Positions 58,918-64,000 of a stretch of DNA of 64,000 nucleotides are shown in pieces. A model generated the notes under the pieces. That model was not told the DNA's origin, did no database searches, and saw only the letters and a program-made list of their open reading frames with translations. This stretch comes from Parachlamydiales bacterium (GTDB lineage: Bacteria > Chlamydiota > Chlamydiia > Chlamydiales > SM23-39). The DNA is taken from the NCBI GenBank assembly GCA_050302075.1, contig JBNLAH010000005.1, positions 96,001 through 160,000 of the forward strand. Reading direction: 5' to 3'. A program made the position numbers and the translations under genes. The number at the start of each line of letters is the position of its first letter. The stretch's first letter is position 1.

Positions 58918-61900
58918 CTTCGTATGATTTAATCATTTCCATAGCTTCATCTGTTTCATTTTCTAAAGCAGCATTCCCGGCTTTTTCTCTAAAGAAGTCT
59001 TCTTGCTGCTCAGTAATTGCTTGCATGTCTTCTAAAGAAGTAATGATATGCGGCTTTAAGAAAATAACAATATTTCTATCATTTTCAAGATTATTATTTA
59101 AACTAAATGCAGCTCCAATTAAAGGTAGTCCTCCAAGGCAGGGAATACCTGATTTGCTTCGATTTTTGGTTTGAGTTACCATGCCGGTCAAGATTAAGAA
59201 ATTTTTGTTTGGTACATGGAATGTTGTATCTAAGCTTGTTTTAGAGGTGGTGATTCCTTGAACATTATTAACAATCAAGTTTTGTTGGTCAGTTGTTTCT
59301 TGTCTGGAAAGTTTAAGTTGCAATGTCACAACATCCGAGTTACCAAGAACTGGAGTTATTTCCATATCAACACCAATATCACGATATTCAATGTTGGTAG
59401 TAGAAACAGTATTTGCACCTTCATTTTGAACAAAAGAACCAATAAATGGGATGTTAAATCCAATAAATAAATTAGATTTTTTACTGTCTTGAGCAAATAC
59501 TTTAGGGGTAGTCACGATGACAGTTTCATTATCTTGTTGAAGGGCTGTCATAAGCGATCCCATTGAAACAAATGACTGTCCTTTGTGAAAGATTACATCA
59601 CCGATTGCACCTAAACTAAAGCCACTTGAGAATGGGATGTCCGTTGGAACAGGGGTAGTTGTAGCATTGATCTGCTGGAATTGTCCTGGAAACGTTCCAC
59701 TTGCAGTAGAGGTGTTTGGGGGTAAATTGTTGAAGCTGGCAGATGCTTTATCTTTCCATTTGCCCTTACCTAGCCAATCTAGCCCAAAGTTCAAGGTATT
59801 TGTAAGTGATGTTTCGATAACTAGGACTTCAATAAAAACTTGTTTTAAAGGAATATCTAAACTTTTAATAAGCTCTCTTAGTCTTGTTAAAATTGGCTGT
59901 GATCCTGTGATCAGTAGTGAGTTAGTAACTTCTATCCATTGGATTGCATTAATAGTTTCTATTAAGGTTTTGTCGGCAGCTTTAGACTCTAGCAAGTCTT
60001 TTGCAATTGATCTAAGTGCACTTCTAATTTGCTCTCCTTTGTGATACTGAAGCTTATAGACTAAAAAGTTAGTTGAGCCGGTAGGAGACATAGTAGGTTC
60101 GTGGACTGATGATAAGCCATCAGATGGAGAATCAATTTCAGTTATTAAGCTCTTAACTTTGTCAATGGTCTGTTTGTCTCCAGTGACTATTAAAGACTTA
60201 TTAGACTCAACCCATCTTGTGTTGTTTAGCGCTTGGTGAAGTTTAGGGTCACATAAGCCACTCATCTTTAAGTTTTCACCAAATTCTTCAAGCTGTCTTT
60301 GGAGCTCGATTCCAGATAGATATTTTGGCTTATAAATAAAGAACTCTGCTTCTCCTTCTTGAAAACACTCGACGGCCCCAATAGGCGCAACATCAAATTT
60401 TTCAACAAGTGCTTGCGCTTTTTCTAAAGAAGCTGGATCACCTGTGAAAAGTAATGAGTTTGTCTCAGGTACATATTTCATGCTATCAAGGGCTTGAATG
60501 AATCTAGAATCAGCCGTGCCTGATCTTTTCAGGTCTTTAGTAATTTGTTTGACAGATGATTGAATTTGTGAGCCTGATGAGTTTCTAATCTTATACAGTA
60601 AAAATGTTGATTTACCAATTTGCTGAATTCGTGACTTGGATGCTTCATCATCGATATTGTCTAAAAGTGCTTGTAACTTTTTTAACGCTTCAGGGGTACC
60701 TGTAAAAATAAATGATTGAGTTGTATCGTTGTATTTCATCCCCTTAATTGCGCTAAGAAGGGCAGAGTCAGCCAGATCAGACTTTTTTAAGTTGCTAGCA
60801 ATTTCGTCTAACGATTTTTGAATAATCTCAGCTGGAATATTTTTTGGTTTATACATCAAAAAGTCAGTCTGTCCAATCCCAGACATATCTCTTTTTACAT
60901 CGAACTGAGCTACGATATTTTTAGCTTCTTCTAGAGTCTTAGGATAACCTGTTAGAAGAATAGAGTTAGTTTCTTTAACCCACTTTGCATTGTCTAAAGT
61001 ATCAATTAGATCGGAGTCTTTAAGCCCTGTTGCTTTTAAATTGCTTGCAAACTTCTCAAGATCCTCTTCGACAATTGCTCCTGAAATATTTTGAAGTTTA
61101 TATAAGTAATAAGAAGAAAGCGCATGTTTTTGGGCTTCTTCAGGTACATCAAAAGAATCTAATAAACTCTTAACCTTTTCTAAAGCAAACTCAGGCCCAG
61201 AAAACATTAAAGATCTCGACTCTGGAACCCATTTCATGGATTTGATGGCTTGAATAATAGGCTCGTTTTTTAGTCCTGATTTAGAGAGGTTTTGAACAAC
61301 TTCTTTTAAATACTGTTCAGCCCTATCTTTTGGTACATATTTCAGCTGATAAATAAAATAAGTTTGTTGAGCTCCTGAAATTTCTTTAGAGTCAATATCT
61401 TTTAGCAACAGCTCCAACTTTTGTAAAGAAGCTGAATCACCTGTAAAGATAATTGACTGTGTATTTTTTATAAATTTCCCACTTTCAATGGCTCTTAGGA
61501 GAGCTGGATTTGCTAAGTTTGAAGATTCAAAGCTTTGCGCCATTTCTTTTAATGACTCCAGGACTTGATCTCCAGTTAGATTTTGAGGGTGGTAAATAAG
61601 AAATTGATTGCTAATTGGCAACAGCCCATTTTTTTGGTCAAAACTCTCTAACAAGCTTTTTAGTTTTTTTATTCCAGACTCAGGGCCTGTGAATAAAAGA
61701 GAGTTTGTATCAGGCATGTACTTTGCTGATTCAATGGTCTCAATCAAATCCTTTTCTTCAACATCAGCTTTTTTTAGGTCCTTAGCAGTAGCTTTAAGGG
61801 CATCTAATAAAGTAGTGTGCGATGTGTTTTCTACTTTGTACATCCAAAAAGTTTTTTTGTGAGATAACAAATCTCCATTTGCTTCAGTGTCAGCTGATAT

Positions 61901-63184
61901 TAGTATTTCTTTTATTTTTTCAAAAACTTCCGAGCTTCCGGTGAATAAAATTGAATTGGTAGAGGTGATCATTTTAGAGTTTTTCAATGCATCGATCAAA
62001 CTCTCGTCAGGATATTTCGAGCTGACTAGCTCTTCCGTATACTTGTCTAAAGCAGTTTTCAAACCGGCTAAGCTTAAGTTTTGTGGCTTATAGATATAAA
62101 ATTTTGTAGAGCCTGCAAAGGTACCTTTGTCTGGATTGTCAATTGTAGCTAGCAGTTCTTTTATTTTTAAAATTGAGGTCGCACTGCCTGTAAATAAGAT
62201 GGAATTTGTTTCTGGAATAAATGCTAATGAATTGATTGCATCGATTAAGTCTTTTTCAGGTGTTCCGCTTTCTTTAATCGAGTCTTTGATTTTGTTTAGG
62301 GCCTTAATAAGCTCTTGTGCACTTTTAGTAACTGGCTGGTAAATGAAAATATTTTCATTTTTAATTTGTCTGCCTTTCATGGGCCCTTTGCTTTCAACGT
62401 CAATACTTGTAAAGACTTTGATTGCTTTCTCAGCAAGCCTTGGTGTTGAGACTATATAAATAGTGTTCGTAGATTCCTGAGGAACTAAAATAAAAGGGTT
62501 TCCTGCTGCGAGGGGAGCCATAAGTTGATTTGCCAAACTGATAATATAGTTTGGATGATTATAACTGGCATGATATGACTTGATCTCGAGTGGAGTGTCA
62601 GGAGAATCTAAATTCTCAATTAACGAGTCGATTTTTTCTAGATTCGTTGTAATATCAGTTAATACAATTTGTCTTGTTTCAGGTAGAACATCTAAGATGG
62701 CGCTTTCAGAGATCATCGATCCAATTATTGCTGCTATAGACTCTACAGACGTGTTTTGTATCTTGAATACCTTGGTTAAAATAGGGGCGCTTGAATCTAT
62801 TTTTTCATTATCTTTAGATACTTGAGCTAGTTGCTTGACATTAGTAGCTTTTGTGATAATTAAATTGTTATCTTGCTCTAAGATATGCATACCGTTAATT
62901 CTTAAGGACTGAATTAACGTGGACATTAAACTGTCTTTAGTGATTGGTTCACTAGAGGTTACAGAGATAGTATAAGGCTCTAACTCTGCTTGATCATAGA
63001 TAAAGTTCAGTGATGCTACTTTTCCAACAAATTTGACGTATTCAATCAACGATACATTCTTGTAGTCAATTGTATACCCCTGACTTGCTTGTTTGTTCTC
63101 TTTTGCTGAAATGCTATGAGATAAAAAACATCCCAAAAGAACAAATGGAAAAAAGAATTTGGTTTTACAAAAAACCATTTTCAT
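58910..63184 (-). CDS. sctC: Type III secretion outer-membrane secretin (CdsC/SctC) with expanded N-domain repeats
   Basis: Signal peptide; chlamydial CdsC-like N0 (YTIDY.NVS..E.VKFV.K...NF); C-terminal secretin domain (LDIPLKQVFIEVLVIET, GIPCLGGLPLIGAAF, IFLKPHII); lies downstream of a Pkn5-like gene. Confidence 0.88.
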   Translation of the reverse strand: MKMVFCKTKFFFPFVLLGCFLSHSISAKENKQASQGYTIDYKNVSLIEYVKFVGKVASLNFIYDQAELEPYTISVTSSEPITKDSLMSTLIQSLRINGMHILEQDNNLIITKATNVKQLAQVSKDNEKIDSSAPILTKVFKIQNTSVESIAAIIGSMISESAILDVLPETRQIVLTDITTNLEKIDSLIENLDSPDTPLEIKSYHASYNHPNYIISLANQLMAPLAAGNPFILVPQESTNTIYIVSTPRLAEKAIKVFTSIDVESKGPMKGRQIKNENIFIYQPVTKSAQELIKALNKIKDSIKESGTPEKDLIDAINSLAFIPETNSILFTGSATSILKIKELLATIDNPDKGTFAGSTKFYIYKPQNLSLAGLKTALDKYTEELVSSKYPDESLIDALKNSKMITSTNSILFTGSSEVFEKIKEILISADTEANGDLLSHKKTFWMYKVENTSHTTLLDALKATAKDLKKADVEEKDLIETIESAKYMPDTNSLLFTGPESGIKKLKSLLESFDQKNGLLPISNQFLIYHPQNLTGDQVLESLKEMAQSFESSNLANPALLRAIESGKFIKNTQSIIFTGDSASLQKLELLLKDIDSKEISGAQQTYFIYQLKYVPKDRAEQYLKEVVQNLSKSGLKNEPIIQAIKSMKWVPESRSLMFSGPEFALEKVKSLLDSFDVPEEAQKHALSSYYLYKLQNISGAIVEEDLEKFASNLKATGLKDSDLIDTLDNAKWVKETNSILLTGYPKTLEEAKNIVAQFDVKRDMSGIGQTDFLMYKPKNIPAEIIQKSLDEIASNLKKSDLADSALLSAIKGMKYNDTTQSFIFTGTPEALKKLQALLDNIDDEASKSRIQQIGKSTFLLYKIRNSSGSQIQSSVKQITKDLKRSGTADSRFIQALDSMKYVPETNSLLFTGDPASLEKAQALVEKFDVAPIGAVECFQEGEAEFFIYKPKYLSGIELQRQLEEFGENLKMSGLCDPKLHQALNNTRWVESNKSLIVTGDKQTIDKVKSLITEIDSPSDGLSSVHEPTMSPTGSTNFLVYKLQYHKGEQIRSALRSIAKDLLESKAADKTLIETINAIQWIEVTNSLLITGSQPILTRLRELIKSLDIPLKQVFIEVLVIETSLTNTLNFGLDWLGKGKWKDKASASFNNLPPNTSTASGTFPGQFQQINATTTPVPTDIPFSSGFSLGAIGDVIFHKGQSFVSMGSLMTALQQDNETVIVTTPKVFAQDSKKSNLFIGFNIPFIGSFVQNEGANTVSTTNIEYRDIGVDMEITPVLGNSDVVTLQLKLSRQETTDQQNLIVNNVQGITTSKTSLDTTFHVPNKNFLILTGMVTQTKNRSKSGIPCLGGLPLIGAAFSLNNNLENDRNIVIFLKPHIITSLEDMQAITEQQEDFFREKAGNAALENETDEAMEMIKSYEDD
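59853..62358 (-). repeat. About 10 tandem ~84-aa protein-level repeats within the secretin
   Basis: Recurring F.Y(K/Q)(P/L).N/Y...L..L......L..S...D..LI.AI......TNSL.FTG....L.K...L...D unit counted 10 times. Confidence 0.9.
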
Positions 63185-63318
63185 AAAATTATAATTCCAT
63201 TAAGGTTCCTAAGATAAAACAACCTACCGTTGCTTAACCACTACTAAAATCGTAAAATACCAGACCAATAAATTCAATCTTATCTGTCTTAATTCGTTAA
63301 TTAAAAAAAAGTTTCTAT

Positions 63319-64000
63319 TTAAAATGTTCTCAAAATACTTAAGATAGCAAAGTTTTGGAAGTTTGCATCTATTTCATTTGTTTTTACATCGCTTAGTATT
63401 TTCTCTGTTTGCTGTTGAGGAGATAAAAGCAGGTGGTTGTTAATAAACTCTGGAAAGTTTTTGCTCATGTTTAATTGTTTTGAAGGTATAAATAAAATAT
63501 CTTCAACATTCCAGCTATCGCTAGTCTCTAAAAAGTAAGTGTTGATATCTTTGCCAAGAGGATCATTGGTCGATTTTAACTCATTTAGTATTTTTGTATC
63601 TTTTGAGTAGTGGAAAACGCTTTTGTCTCCACTAGAGATTAGGCTGAGGCGATCCAAACTGGAATTTAATAAGATTAAAGAGCAGTCGAAATGTTCTGGC
63701 ACTTTAAAAGTGTTGATTATGAGTTTGTTCAACTCGGTAAAAAATTCAGTTAAGTTAAAGGTTTCTTTCTCTTTTGTGAACAGGTTTACTAAAGACTGCA
63801 CTATTCCTTTTAAAGTGGCTGTTGCTACAAAAGTACTTGGCCCTTCAGATTTTGATTCTGCAAAAAAAATAAGAAAGCTTGAGCCAAATACTTTAAAAAA
63901 ATCTAAATAAAGTGCTGTCGAAGATAGACCTTTTTGTTTTTCGAAACCGGCCTTAATTTGTGGCCATTTTGGAAGGTCTACATGGAAAAAATTCTCTGTT
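63319..64000 (-). CDS. C-terminal degenerate PP2C/SpoIIE-like domain, probably of the Pkn5-like kinase gene of the T3SS cluster (5' truncated by window)
   Basis: Frame stays open from 63801 to the window end (...LYLDFFKV..FLIFFAE..G..TATLKGIVQS..LN..I...LISSG..PLG); lies upstream of cdsC. Confidence 0.6.
   Translation of the reverse strand, partial: TENFFHVDLPKWPQIKAGFEKQKGLSSTALYLDFFKVFGSSFLIFFAESKSEGPSTFVATATLKGIVQSLVNLFTKEKETFNLTEFFTELNKLIINTFKVPEHFDCSLILLNSSLDRLSLISSGDKSVFHYSKDTKILNELKSTNDPLGKDINTYFLETSDSWNVEDILFIPSKQLNMSKNFPEFINNHLLLSPQQQTEKILSDVKTNEIDANFQNFAILSILRTF

Noticed and set aside
1..64000. CRISPR array, rRNA, IS/transposase or prophage genes
   Set aside because: No regularly spaced DNA repeats or recognisable motifs found by eye; the secretin repeats are protein-level and in frame

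Overview
AT-rich bacterial chromosome segment, very probably from an environmental member of the phylum Chlamydiota. Evidence: a GrgA homolog after gapA, a CdsZ/CT398-like gene next to rnpB, the dnaJ-rpsU-tsaB / lon...rnz...xerC neighbourhood, a chlamydial-type CdsC secretin, and a spc/alpha operon lacking rpsN, rpmD, adk, infA, rpmJ and rpsD. Layout: 1-8.5 kb, end of the ribosomal protein operon, secY, rpoA, gapA, grgA and tRNA-Leu(UAA). 8.6-24.9 kb, an accessory region after the tRNA holding a tail-anchored glycosyltransferase-like protein, an alpha/beta hydrolase, a phosphodiester glycosidase, a signal-peptide-bearing truncated sirtuin, an SH3-NlpC/P60-M15 fusion, an ADP-ribosyltransferase-like ORF, a CPBP protease, two small paralogs, an F-box-like helical-repeat protein, an isolated purE-purK pair, an EEP hydrolase and a cation antiporter. 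25-53.9 kb, mostly housekeeping genes plus RNase P RNA. 54-64 kb, an OppA-domain fusion with no export signal, then the end of a type III secretion cluster whose secretin (1424 aa) carries about 10 tandem ~84-aa N-domain repeats, the most striking feature of the window. All calls come from motif reading by eye; no database searches were run.
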